Source: Desulfurococcales archaeon (lineage in GTDB: Archaea; Thermoproteota; Thermoprotei_A; Sulfolobales; NBVN01). Taken from it: a DNA stretch of 37,519 nucleotides. The stretch spans positions 1 to 37,519 of the forward strand of contig JALWQN010000144.1 of the NCBI GenBank assembly GCA_027083115.1. Direction: 5' to 3'. Under the pieces are notes generated by a model. The model saw only the letters and a program-made list of their open reading frames with translations. It did no database searches and was not told the origin of the DNA. Shown piece by piece: positions 18,473 through 27,089 of this stretch; the first letter of the stretch is position 1; every line of letters starts with the position of its first letter. The position numbers were made by a program, and so were the translations under genes.

Positions 18473-20748
18473 TCCTTACCACCCTTAACTAAGTTATTGA
18501 AGAAAGTGGAGGTTTCCTCCATGAGTGACTCGTAGCTCTCCCTGAACTTATTGGCCGGTATCTCCTTCATCCTAGCTATCTTGGCCCTCAGTGGTGATTG
18601 CCTTATTTTCTGTAGGGGCACTCCAGAAGATAGTGCTTTCGAGGCGTTATGGTAGAACTCCAGAATGACCTTAAGCATCATCACTGTTTTCTCGGGTGGG
18701 GAGTAGGCATCGATAGGGTGGAAGGCGTTCTGCTGGAGGAAGTCCTCCCTAATCATTCTGGCTGCATCCAGCAGAAGCTTGTCATCGTCAGGCAGAGCAT
18801 CAGGACCTACGAGCCTCACGATCTCCATCAACTCATTCTCTCTCTGGAGTATCTTCAGGGCTTCATTCCTTACTGACAGCCAGTCAGGGAATTGCTTCTT
18901 CCACCATTTCTCAACACTCTCAACATATAGGGAGTAGCTGAGTAACCAACTTACTGCAGGAAAGTGCCTCCTGTTAGCTAAGGATATATCTAAAGCAACT
19001 AAAGTACCTATATACCTTAGGGTGTTTTGAGTTACTGGCTCACTGAAGTCAGCTCCCGGCGGTGATACTGCACCCACAATAGTTAATGAGCCCTCCCTAG
19101 GAGGTTCACCCACACAATTAACTCTACCAGATCTCTCGTAGAACTCAGCTAGTCTGGAACCTAAGTAAGCAGGAAATCCTTCCTCTCCAGGCATTTCCTC
19201 AAGCCTAGCACTTATTTCCCTCATTGCTTCAGCCCACCTTGATGTTGAGTCAGCAACCATGAGGACGTCATAACCCATGTCCCTGAAGTACTCGCCTATT
19301 GTGACACCTAAGAAAACGCTAGTTTCCCTAGCTGCTACGGGCATGTTTGATGTGTTAGCTATAAAGACCGCCTTCTCAGCTAGTGGGCGACCAGACTTCG
19401 GGTCTTTAAGCTTAAGGAAGCTATGTAAGGCATCAGCCATTTCATTCCCTCTCTCCCCACAGCCAACGTAAATATTCAACTGGGTTCTTGCCCACTTAGT
19501 TAAGGTCTGTAATAGAACAGTATTATGGAAGATTACAGGGTCTACACCACCAACAAAGTTGTGTGTTTCAGGAACCACCAAGTCATAAACCATTGTGTCC
19601 TTATCTATAAGCTCAACGGACTCGATTTCGTCAGTAATCACTCCTTTAGGTATGCCTATGGCTGAGTCAAGGTCTCTAGGAACAATTAACGGCATTCCCG
19701 GCATTAGATCCATAGCCCTAATTTCATGTACTGCGTTATCTTTTCCGAGGACAGGGAGTTTATGGATTGGTGTGACCTCAATCAGTCTGCCTAAGGCTGT
19801 CTTAATTCTGGATACCTTGCTCGTGAACCCCCTGTAGATGTGGGTGGCTTCAACAGTCTTCAGTCTCTTACCGTCAAAACCTATGAGTGATAGGGGTTCC
19901 CTTAATTCATAGATTTCTTCAGGGATTTCGTGGACATGTCCTTCACCCTTAACTTCCTCAAATATTTCATCTATTTTCTTTTGTGAACCATCGCTCAGCA
20001 GCACTGGTGTGCCAGGCATTAAGCACTTGCCGCTTCCGAAACCTCCAGGAACAGCAGCCTTACCGCCCCTAGCTATGGGGAACATCATGTCCAGAACCCT
20101 AGTTCCAGTAATCAGCGGGTGAACCGGTTCAAGCCTATTGATGTATGGCCTGGGCTTCCTCACAGGCCATTTATGCATCATTCTTAGCTCCTTAAGCTTT
20201 CCTCCACCTAAATCAACAACAGCTATGGTGTCCTCTATGGTGTACTCTCCATCTGGAGCTAGCTCCTTTAAAGTCCCATGAATGCCTGGAGGAACCATTA
20301 TTTTGTGCTCCATAATCTGGGTCTCTTTAACGCTACCTAATAAAGTTCCAGGCTCAACTTTATCGCCAGGCCTAATACTGCTTGACTTAATGAAGCCCCA
20401 CTTAATGTCTCTAGGTAATGCCTCTACCTTCACGCCCTTCTCTATGAATGGGCCAATCAGCCCTCCAAGGACAGATAAAGGTCTCTGGAGGCCGTCGAAG
20501 ACCTTACCAACTATGCCTGGCCCTAACTCCGCGGAAAGAAGATTCCCTGTTCCTTCAACCGGCTCACCGACCCTAAGGCCTGAAGTGTCTTCATAAACCT
20601 GAATGAATGCCTTATCTTCCTGGAGACCGATGATTTCTCCAATGAGTCTTTCCTCACCAACGTGAACTACTTCGTACACCATAGATCCTTTCATATTTTC
20701 TGCAACTACCAGAGGGCCTGACACCCTCATTATTCTGCCCACCACCAT
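18469..20748 (-). CDS. atpA: A-type ATP synthase catalytic subunit A, intein-containing precursor
   Basis: The precursor is 759 aa, and the extein is 591 aa after removing residues 242-409. Walker A (GGFGSGK|T) is split by the insert. Downstream blocks are [33 protein letters not shown] and [22 protein letters not shown]. There is a 4-nt ATGA overlap with atpB. Confidence 0.95.
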   Translation of the reverse strand: MVVGRIMRVSGPLVVAENMKGSMVYEVVHVGEERLIGEIIGLQEDKAFIQVYEDTSGLRVGEPVEGTGNLLSAELGPGIVGKVFDGLQRPLSVLGGLIGPFIEKGVKVEALPRDIKWGFIKSSSIRPGDKVEPGTLLGSVKETQIMEHKIMVPPGIHGTLKELAPDGEYTIEDTIAVVDLGGGKLKELRMMHKWPVRKPRPYINRLEPVHPLITGTRVLDMMFPIARGGKAAVPGGFGSGKCLMPGTPVLLSDGSQKKIDEIFEEVKGEGHVHEIPEEIYELREPLSLIGFDGKRLKTVEATHIYRGFTSKVSRIKTALGRLIEVTPIHKLPVLGKDNAVHEIRAMDLMPGMPLIVPRDLDSAIGIPKGVITDEIESVELIDKDTMVYDLVVPETHNFVGGVDPVIFHNTVLLQTLTKWARTQLNIYVGCGERGNEMADALHSFLKLKDPKSGRPLAEKAVFIANTSNMPVAARETSVFLGVTIGEYFRDMGYDVLMVADSTSRWAEAMREISARLEEMPGEEGFPAYLGSRLAEFYERSGRVNCVGEPPREGSLTIVGAVSPPGADFSEPVTQNTLRYIGTLVALDISLANRRHFPAVSWLLSYSLYVESVEKWWKKQFPDWLSVRNEALKILQRENELMEIVRLVGPDALPDDDKLLLDAARMIREDFLQQNAFHPIDAYSPPEKTVMMLKVILEFYHNASKALSSGVPLQKIRQSPLRAKIARMKEIPANKFRESYESLMEETSTFFNNLVKGGKE
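19522..20025 (-). mobile_element. Mini-intein (168 aa) inserted in the atpA P-loop
   Basis: Cys1 (TGC at 20025-20023) follows GSGK. Block A is [14 protein letters not shown] and block B is EVTPIHKLP (TxxH). Blocks F/G are [15 protein letters not shown]...VIFHN, with Asn at 19524-19522. The +1 residue is Thr (19521-19519). No LAGLIDADG or HNH block is visible. Confidence 0.9.
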
Positions 20749-20752
20749 CTGC

Positions 20753-21106
20753 CTACACCTCTATACTTAACCCGAGGTAAGCCCTAATTAAGGAGTTATA
20801 GTATTCCTTAATTTTAGATTTATCCAACCTTAATCCACCCGGTAAATAAATTATTAATGGTTGAGAGGAGGTTTTACGGAAGCCCTCAACATATTTCTTA
20901 AGGTTCTCCTCAATTATGACGATCCCTACCTTGTAATTCTCGAAGACTTTACCCACAACCTCCCTTACTTTAGCTTTAATCGTTTCATCAGTTTGTTCTT
21001 TTGTGTTGATTGTGAATGCTATGGTAGCCCCTCCTAACTTAAAGCCCTTAACGAAGTTCTCATCACCTATGACTGCTATGTCCTTCTCACTTAGTGAGTA
21101 AGTCAT
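20753..21106 (-). CDS. atpF: A-type ATP synthase subunit F
   Basis: The protein is 117 aa. IAVIGDENFVKGFKLGG is the typical subunit F N-terminus. It lies immediately upstream of atpA. Confidence 0.85.
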   Translation of the reverse strand: MTYSLSEKDIAVIGDENFVKGFKLGGATIAFTINTKEQTDETIKAKVREVVGKVFENYKVGIVIIEENLKKYVEGFRKTSSQPLIIYLPGGLRLDKSKIKEYYNSLIRAYLGLSIEV

Positions 21107-22058
21107 ACGTCCTCACCAACGTATCTATTACTTCCCTCAAGTAAGAACCTCCGTAACCGAGGTTTAAACTACCTAGTAAAAAAGCAATTAACTGTGTTTC
21201 CCAATCCTTCCAAATCAAGTACCTAAGGAGAGTTCCTTTAGAGAAGACCTGAGCTGAGAGAACGCTGTCACAGTAATTCACAACCGAAGACCTAAGCAAC
21301 ACCTCCAGCCTGAAATGTTTCTCTAAGTTATTCCTTACGGCATTCCTTTCTTTAGAAGTTAATTTACTCAATATTTTGTTGAGTGTTTCTGGGGAAGCTC
21401 CTCTCCTCACCAACTTCGATAACTCATCAATTATTTCCATATGGCTCAAGCAATCAGATAATCTCGTGTCTTCCGAACCAACCACACCCTTAAGGAGCTT
21501 GTAGTACTCGCGGATTGCCTCATCATATATCTTATATGGATTTAATTCGCTTATGGGCATTCCTGAGTATCTCCTCATCAGTTCCTTAAGCACTTCAGTA
21601 TCTTCTCTCCCAAGAGCGGATAAGTTGCTCAGCAAGTCATTAGTGCTTTTGGCATTCTTAACAGCTTCACTTATTGAACTCATTACTGGGTATTTAGTTA
21701 ATTCTGTCTTTTCATTAATTAAGGAATAAAAGAAAGCGTTAATCGTGTACTTATTCGTGAAGGCGTTAAATATCCTCACCAAGCTTTCGGAAGGCTGTAT
21801 TATTTCTATGTCTCTCCTTAGGTTATTCATCCAGCAGAGAAGAAGTCTCTCGTAAATTATGTCTTGTTTAGGCAGATTATCTAATCGTAAGTGACCTTGA
21901 ATACATTCTAACACGTTATAATTCGTTAGTGTTGAAGTGAGTTCTGAGGGCTTACTTAATTTTTGTCCTGCGAGCGTAGCTAATGACTTAAGGTTTAATG
22001 TCTTATCAATATATAACTTAATCTTTGATAAAAACTTTAGGTCATTTATTGAGCTCAT
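21087..22058 (-). CDS. atpC: A-type ATP synthase subunit C (V-type d homologue), divergent
   Basis: The protein is 323 aa and appears all-helical. The assignment rests mainly on its position between atpE and atpF in the canonical H-I-K-E-C-F-A-B-D order. It overlaps atpF by 20 nt. Confidence 0.62.
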   Translation of the reverse strand: MSSINDLKFLSKIKLYIDKTLNLKSLATLAGQKLSKPSELTSTLTNYNVLECIQGHLRLDNLPKQDIIYERLLLCWMNNLRRDIEIIQPSESLVRIFNAFTNKYTINAFFYSLINEKTELTKYPVMSSISEAVKNAKSTNDLLSNLSALGREDTEVLKELMRRYSGMPISELNPYKIYDEAIREYYKLLKGVVGSEDTRLSDCLSHMEIIDELSKLVRRGASPETLNKILSKLTSKERNAVRNNLEKHFRLEVLLRSSVVNYCDSVLSAQVFSKGTLLRYLIWKDWETQLIAFLLGSLNLGYGGSYLREVIDTLVRTYDLLTK

Positions 22059-22063
22059 TTGTC

Positions 22064-22660
22064 CTATCCCTTAAACACTTCTTTATCTACCTTACTGTAG
22101 AGTATGCTCAATGCTCTCTCAAGCCTTGTTGAGTAAGTGTTATCAACAACGAAGAAACCTTCAGGATCCATTATTAACACACCCCCTAGTCTGCTCTCAT
22201 CCAACGGCTCGATCTTGATGAGGCGGCTTGAGAGGCCTAAATCATCAACGACCTCCTTAAAAATTTCTTTGTCATTATCTAGGACTTCAGCAATGAAGGA
22301 TTCCTTTATGACCCCAGTGCTTAAAGCCTCATTCAGCAATTTCTTCAGTGACTCTTTCCTTACTTCCGGGGGTAGGTGAGTAAGCCCTTCCTTAGCTTCA
22401 TCGATAATTTCCTTAATGAGCTTCTGTTTTGTCTCAAGTAACTCCTTATTTAGTTCCATAACCCTTGATGCATACTTCCTGAATTCCTGAGCTCTTAATT
22501 CAGACAGTGCGGCTTCCTTCACGCGCTTGTATCTTCTCAGGTACTCTTCCTTAGCGCTCTCAACAATTTCTTTGGCCTTCCTTTCAGCATCCTCCCTAAT
22601 TTTCTTAGCCTTCTCCTCAGCTTTCCCTATTACCTTACTTCTTAGGTCGTTGATGCTCAC
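22064..22660 (-). CDS. atpE: A-type ATP synthase subunit E (peripheral stalk)
   Basis: The protein is 198 aa. It has a long charged N-terminal coiled coil (KAEEKAKKIREDAERKAKEIVESAKEEY) and a globular C-terminal domain (GGVLIMDPEG...VDNTYSTRLE). Confidence 0.82.
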   Translation of the reverse strand: MSINDLRSKVIGKAEEKAKKIREDAERKAKEIVESAKEEYLRRYKRVKEAALSELRAQEFRKYASRVMELNKELLETKQKLIKEIIDEAKEGLTHLPPEVRKESLKKLLNEALSTGVIKESFIAEVLDNDKEIFKEVVDDLGLSSRLIKIEPLDESRLGGVLIMDPEGFFVVDNTYSTRLERALSILYSKVDKEVFKG

Positions 22661-22678
22661 TTCAATAACCTCTTACCC

Positions 22679-23185
22679 TCAGATAGGGAGACCAACGACA
22701 GTCACTAACAGTAAGTACCCGAAAACCATTCCTAGAATGCCGAAGAGCTCAATATAGGACGCTAATATCATTGTTGGTGTCGCGACCCTACCCTTAGTTT
22801 TAGGTAATTCCACAATGCCTGACATACACACAGCTCCCTGATATATTGCTGAGTAAAGCTCCGCAAACATTACTCCGAAACCAATAACGAAGATCCCTGC
22901 CGCCTTACCCCAAGTCATTGCTGCAGCTATATTGGATGCCCCAACAATTGATGTGAAACCAAGTAACGTAAATATGAATCCGTAGAAAGTCTGAGTCATC
23001 GGCAGTGAGGAAAGAAGCAGAACCCACTTAAATGATGAGGGATCCTCGGCAAGAACTGAGAGTCCAGCACCAGCAGCCTTAGCGATCCCTATTGATGAAC
23101 CAACTAACCCACCAATTATGCCTAAGGCAACACCAGCAGATGCCAGCCATAACGGAGTTATTTGAAGAGCTGCGACCCCACTCAT
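22679..23185 (-). CDS. atpK: A-type ATP synthase proteolipid subunit K/c, duplicated 4-TM (16 kDa) form
   Basis: The protein is 168 aa with four hydrophobic helices. Hairpin 1 has SLPMTQTFYGF with no carboxylate. Hairpin 2 has YSAIYQGAV and ASYIELFGILG with a single Glu146. Confidence 0.9.
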   Translation of the reverse strand: MSGVAALQITPLWLASAGVALGIIGGLVGSSIGIAKAAGAGLSVLAEDPSSFKWVLLLSSLPMTQTFYGFIFTLLGFTSIVGASNIAAAMTWGKAAGIFVIGFGVMFAELYSAIYQGAVCMSGIVELPKTKGRVATPTMILASYIELFGILGMVFGYLLLVTVVGLPI

Positions 23186-23216
23186 TTTCTCTTACCTTTC
23201 TTATTGAAATGGTGGG

Positions 23217-23224
23217 ATTTTTAA
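23217..23224 (-). promoter_or_regulatory. Possible internal TATA box (TTAAAAAT) upstream of atpK
   Basis: The 127-nt atpI-atpK gap is the only sizeable gap in the operon. This A/T octamer sits 32-39 nt upstream of the atpK ATG. Confidence 0.3.
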
Positions 23225-23312
23225 GCTATACGATATAATTAGACGAGTCAAACTTTTAATTTAGTTATAGTAAAATTGTCTGCCACGAGTCTTGACAAAA
23301 GTGTTTGAGTTC

Positions 23313-25334
23313 TTAAACCCGTTTACCAATTATGATGTGCTTAGGTATTAATGCCTTAAAGGGCTTAAACTCTCTTCCTTCACCTTCATACCATTTTGGC
23401 AGAAACTCAACGAAGCAAAGCCTTAATGAGTGAACGAAAGCACCAATGACACCGAATATTATCGTTATTAAATTCATTGCAAGCATCACGAAACCTGCAC
23501 CGATTACGCCAACAACTATGCCGACTAGGGGAACCATCGCTGAAACTGATTGCGCTAAGCCTAAAGCAAGGGAATTAAAGCTTTTTGCCATCATGTAGGT
23601 CGCTAGCCCTAACCCAGCTAACCTAGAATACGATAAGGTATCACCTAAGAGGCCTGTGACACTAAAGATCCATAGAATTGCTCCTGCACCACCCCAGTTC
23701 TTGAATGTACCTAAAATTATTAGGGCTAGGCCTGCTAAAGAACTATACAGCAGTATCTCCCCTAAGAAGGGATTTATCGGGAATAGATCGTAGTGCATGG
23801 TTGCGTGAAGTATGTAAGGTATTCCGAAGGCTTCGCCGATGAAGATCCCTAACTCAACAAATAAGGTGCCTAAATTATGTTCCTTAATAGCTCTTGCGGC
23901 GGATATAGCGTGCCCTAAGTTTATATGTATTAGACCCACTATCAGTGCGTACTTTAAAAACCATATGGGGTCAGAAAACACTAGTAATGAGGGCACGACT
24001 TCACTGTTTCCAGGCATAGTGAAGGTCCAGCCAGTAGGTGTCTTAACTATTGAGAAACCTGCGAAGGAGTTGGAGAGAGCACCGAAAGTTATTGACGAAA
24101 TAGATAGGACAAGAAGTAATCTCTTAAGAGTTATGTAACCTTCGGAGTAGGGGTCATCTACTAAGCCTGAACGCTCTAGTACGTACTTTATTAACACAAA
24201 CATTAAGATACCGTAAATTACGTCGCCAAACATTGACCCGAAGAAAACCATGAATGAATACATAATGATGGGTGTCGGGTCCCATTCATTGTAGGAAGGC
24301 ACACCATAAAGCTTGGTTATTAGTTCGAAAAGCTTAATCGTTCCAGAATTCTTGAGTTTGGAAGGAGGTTCTTTATCAGTACTTACTTCACTCACGAAGT
24401 AGGTTGATGCAGACTTTGAGAGAACCTCACCCAGCTTGAACACATCGCTGTTAGGAATCCAACCCTCAATGCCTGTTAAGTAATCCCCCATTGCGGCATT
24501 AAGTAAAGCATTAACTCTTTCCTCATAGACATCAGCCAGTACTTTAGCTACTGCAATTTCCGGCGCTGACTTCTGTAGCGATCGAGTAATGTGTTCCTTA
24601 AGCTTTATTGTTTGCTGCTCTAGTTCAGCAATTTCTTCCTTCAGCTTATTAATGAAGTCAGATACCTTAAGATCAACCTTAGGTAAGGATATTATTTCTG
24701 CCTTACGTGCTGACAGAATTTTCATAACTTCTTCTTTTGTAGGTAACATACCAGCTATGACTGCCACTACACCTTCATCTAACTCAGCACTAACTATGAT
24801 GAAGGCATCCTTAGGTAAGGAAGTTTCTAAGTTCAAGAAGGATGCCTTCCTAATGTACACAATGAGTGAATAAAGTAACTTACCTGTGAAAGTTAGGTTC
24901 TTCACCGCATAATTACCTACTTTCGGAAGCAAAGCAGTTAAGTAGTTAAGTATTCCTCTCTTAGCCATTAATTCCTCATTCAGTTTCTCTAGGTTTGCTG
25001 TGAGGTTCTTTAGCTCTCCATAAAGTTCCTTAATCTTAATTAATGATTTAGTTGTTTGCTCGTCTAAAGTCATTAGGTCAATTCCTTCCTTTAACTCTAT
25101 ATGGACAGGCTGCTGAAAGAATTTCTCCATGACGTCAACGGTGCTCTTAATTTCCTTAATAAGATTGAGTTTCTGAAGTAAGGCCTCCTTATCTTCCTCC
25201 TTAACCTTACCTAGTGGTTCTACATGGATTAGTCCTTCCTTCTGAAGTAACGACAGTATCTTATCTCTCTCATCCCTAAGGACCAAAACCCTAACGTAAG
25301 TTAGCCTCTCAGGAAGTGAGAGAAAGTAACCCAT
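23313..25334 (-). CDS. atpI: A-type ATP synthase subunit I (a-subunit, stator/ion channel)
   Basis: The protein is 673 aa. It has a soluble N-terminal half with coiled coils and a C-terminal polytopic domain. The conserved LSYSRLAGLGLA arginine motif is present. Confidence 0.9.
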   Translation of the reverse strand: MGYFLSLPERLTYVRVLVLRDERDKILSLLQKEGLIHVEPLGKVKEEDKEALLQKLNLIKEIKSTVDVMEKFFQQPVHIELKEGIDLMTLDEQTTKSLIKIKELYGELKNLTANLEKLNEELMAKRGILNYLTALLPKVGNYAVKNLTFTGKLLYSLIVYIRKASFLNLETSLPKDAFIIVSAELDEGVVAVIAGMLPTKEEVMKILSARKAEIISLPKVDLKVSDFINKLKEEIAELEQQTIKLKEHITRSLQKSAPEIAVAKVLADVYEERVNALLNAAMGDYLTGIEGWIPNSDVFKLGEVLSKSASTYFVSEVSTDKEPPSKLKNSGTIKLFELITKLYGVPSYNEWDPTPIIMYSFMVFFGSMFGDVIYGILMFVLIKYVLERSGLVDDPYSEGYITLKRLLLVLSISSITFGALSNSFAGFSIVKTPTGWTFTMPGNSEVVPSLLVFSDPIWFLKYALIVGLIHINLGHAISAARAIKEHNLGTLFVELGIFIGEAFGIPYILHATMHYDLFPINPFLGEILLYSSLAGLALIILGTFKNWGGAGAILWIFSVTGLLGDTLSYSRLAGLGLATYMMAKSFNSLALGLAQSVSAMVPLVGIVVGVIGAGFVMLAMNLITIIFGVIGAFVHSLRLCFVEFLPKWYEGEGREFKPFKALIPKHIIIGKRV

Positions 25335-25335
25335 G

Positions 25336-25632
25336 TTAGGATCCCACGCCAGTCACTAAATTCACTAGCTCACTAACTAAGGCTTCCTTCCTCTTCTTAA
25401 ATAAATCCATAATTCTATTGAGCCTTTCCCTCTGTCTCTCCTCTGCTTTAGCTATTAACTCAGAAAACTCCTTCTTAATTCGCTCAATTTCTTCCTCACT
25501 TAATGGGTTCTGAATCTTCATGTTTCTCCATTTCTCGGCCTCCTCTTCAGCTCTCCTAACTATTTCGTCAGCTTCTTCTTCAGCCTTCCTAATTATTTCC
25601 TCAGCTTCTTTCTCAATCTCCTCTATCGACAC
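25336..25632 (-). CDS. atpH: A-type ATP synthase subunit H (peripheral stalk, G-like)
   Basis: The protein is 98 aa and is a highly charged coiled coil (EEIIRKAEEEADEIVRRAEEEAEKW). It is the first gene of the operon and starts with GTG. Confidence 0.65.
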   Translation of the reverse strand: MSIEEIEKEAEEIIRKAEEEADEIVRRAEEEAEKWRNMKIQNPLSEEEIERIKKEFSELIAKAEERQRERLNRIMDLFKKRKEALVSELVNLVTGVGS

Positions 25633-25732
25633 GCCCCATAACCCTTAAAGAAAATAAGGCGGGGTTAAAAAGCATTTGAAACTGAAGGTATCAGAACCCA
25701 ATAAATGATGAAGAACACAAAAATATTGGTTA

Positions 25733-25781
25733 TCAGCCCTCACACGGTTCTTCATTTTTCAGGTCCGGAGTTTGTCATCAC
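25733..25781 (-). ncRNA. C/D box sRNA (2'-O-methylation guide)
   Basis: The minus strand reads G-UGAUGA (C, 25781-25775). This is followed by CAAACUCCGGAC (12 nt) and CUGA (D', 25762-25759). Then come AAAA, UGAAGA (C', 25754-25749) and ACCGUGUGAGGG (12 nt). It ends with CUGA (D, 25736-25733). Both guides are exactly 12 nt, which is the archaeal hallmark. The element is intergenic between atpH and PCNA. Confidence 0.75.
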
Positions 25782-25834
25782 TCAAGTAATCAATCTTTTT
25801 TAGATGCTAATGAAGATTATCTTAGGGCTTTCTC

Positions 25835-26581
25835 ATGGGTGAGGAATGGTTAGTAAGTTTTGAGCATCCGAGCGCAAAGACATTCCTGACTGTTGTTCAG
25901 GCCTTAGGTAATATCGTTGATGAGTCATTAATGAATTTTTCAGCAGCAGGATTGAGTGTGAAGGCACTGGATCCTGCCCAAATAGCGTTAATAAGTATCG
26001 AAATACCTAGCGACACCTTCATAACTTATCATGCCTCTAAGGAATTAAGTGTTGGTGTTAACTTAGCTAATTTACTGAAGACATTACCTAAACCTAAGAA
26101 AGGGGATAAACTGGTTTTTAGGGCTAACGAAGAATTCTATGAATTCCTTATTGAGGGAATAACTACTAAGAGATATAAGTTCAGGTCTGTTGAAGTTTCT
26201 GCTTCTCAAATACCCGAAATTGATCTCGACTTTAAAGTTAAGGCTTTAGCGATTGCAAAGGCATTAAGGGACGCTATTAAGGATCTTAAGGGGGCTGAAG
26301 TCATAACTTTTGAGGCTCAAGACGATAAGTACCTCTATCTGAGAGCTCCTGAGTTAGGCGCTGAGGCCAAGCTATCTAAGATAGGTGGTTCATTACTGGA
26401 TATGGAGGTTAAGGAGCCCTCAAGAAATAATTATGATGAGGACTACATAAACAAAGTTCTTAATCTCGCCACCATATCTGACACGATTGAAATTAGATTT
26501 GGTTCTGGAATACCTCTAAACCTATCTTTTACTTTTGTCGAAGGAGGATCTGTTAAATATCTACTTGCTCCTAAGGCGTAA
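25835..26581 (+). CDS. pcn: DNA polymerase sliding clamp (PCNA)
   Basis: The protein is 248 aa, typical PCNA length. It shows the typical N-terminal pattern (FLTVVQALGNIVDESLMNFSAAGLSVKALDPAQIALISIEIPSDTF). Confidence 0.9.
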   Translation: MGEEWLVSFEHPSAKTFLTVVQALGNIVDESLMNFSAAGLSVKALDPAQIALISIEIPSDTFITYHASKELSVGVNLANLLKTLPKPKKGDKLVFRANEEFYEFLIEGITTKRYKFRSVEVSASQIPEIDLDFKVKALAIAKALRDAIKDLKGAEVITFEAQDDKYLYLRAPELGAEAKLSKIGGSLLDMEVKEPSRNNYDEDYINKVLNLATISDTIEIRFGSGIPLNLSFTFVEGGSVKYLLAPKA

Positions 26582-26618
26582 ATAGTAAAATTTTTATTCA
26601 ATAATCGAACAATAATTA

Positions 26619-27089
26619 ATGGTGGCCGCCTTGCCTATTTTAGACCTGGATGATGTTGATAAGAAATTATTGGATATTCTTCAGGAGAATGCAGACCTTA
26701 CTTATGCGGAATTAGGTAAGATTTTAGGTATAAGCCCCTCAACAGTCTATACGCGCGTCAAAAGATTGAGGGAGAGAGGCTACATTAAGAGAATAGTTGC
26801 GGAAGTCTCACCCGAGATGATGGGGTATAACTTAAGGTCGCTTGTTTTTCTTTCTGTTGACGTTAAGAAATATAATGAGATAGTCAATCAGCTTCTAAAG
26901 TACCCCCAAATAAAAACAATTTACGATATAACAGGGGAATGGACCTTCGCCATTGAAGCGTTAGTGAAGGACCATAAGGAATTAACTGATTTGTTGGATA
27001 ATATAGGGAGTATTGAGGGGATCCAGCAGACATCAACGGCAGTTGTTCTTAGAGTTATTAAGGAGGACAGAAAGGTAAGCCCGGTTTGA
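26619..27089 (+). CDS. Lrp/AsnC family transcriptional regulator
   Basis: The protein is 156 aa. It has an HTH region (LDDVDKKLLDILQENADLTYAELGKILGISPSTVYTRVKRLRERGYI) and a C-terminal RAM/ACT-like domain. Confidence 0.9.
   Translation: MVAALPILDLDDVDKKLLDILQENADLTYAELGKILGISPSTVYTRVKRLRERGYIKRIVAEVSPEMMGYNLRSLVFLSVDVKKYNEIVNQLLKYPQIKTIYDITGEWTFAIEALVKDHKELTDLLDNIGSIEGIQQTSTAVVLRVIKEDRKVSPV

Noticed and set aside
2149-24873. Many 60-117-aa ORFs nested antisense inside larger genes (for example 2149-2361, 3172-3441, 5348-5557, 8240-8464, 11346-11651, 11811-12164, 12508-12840, 18075-18296, 20282-20596, 23839-24138, 24589-24873; likewise 29235-29492, 32316-32582 and 36366-36869)
   Set aside because: Each lies fully within a well-supported conserved gene on the opposite strand. 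Their compositions are low-complexity S/L/P/T-rich, typical of antisense frames.
25708-25755. 9-bp inverted repeat ATGAAGAAC...GTTCTTCAT overlapping the C' box region of the sRNA call
   Set aside because: I considered it as an alternative explanation (a simple hairpin or terminator) for this locus. The four correctly ordered boxes with two exact 12-nt spacers are far more specific. The hairpin may belong to a precursor or 3' flank, but I cannot support it as a separate feature.
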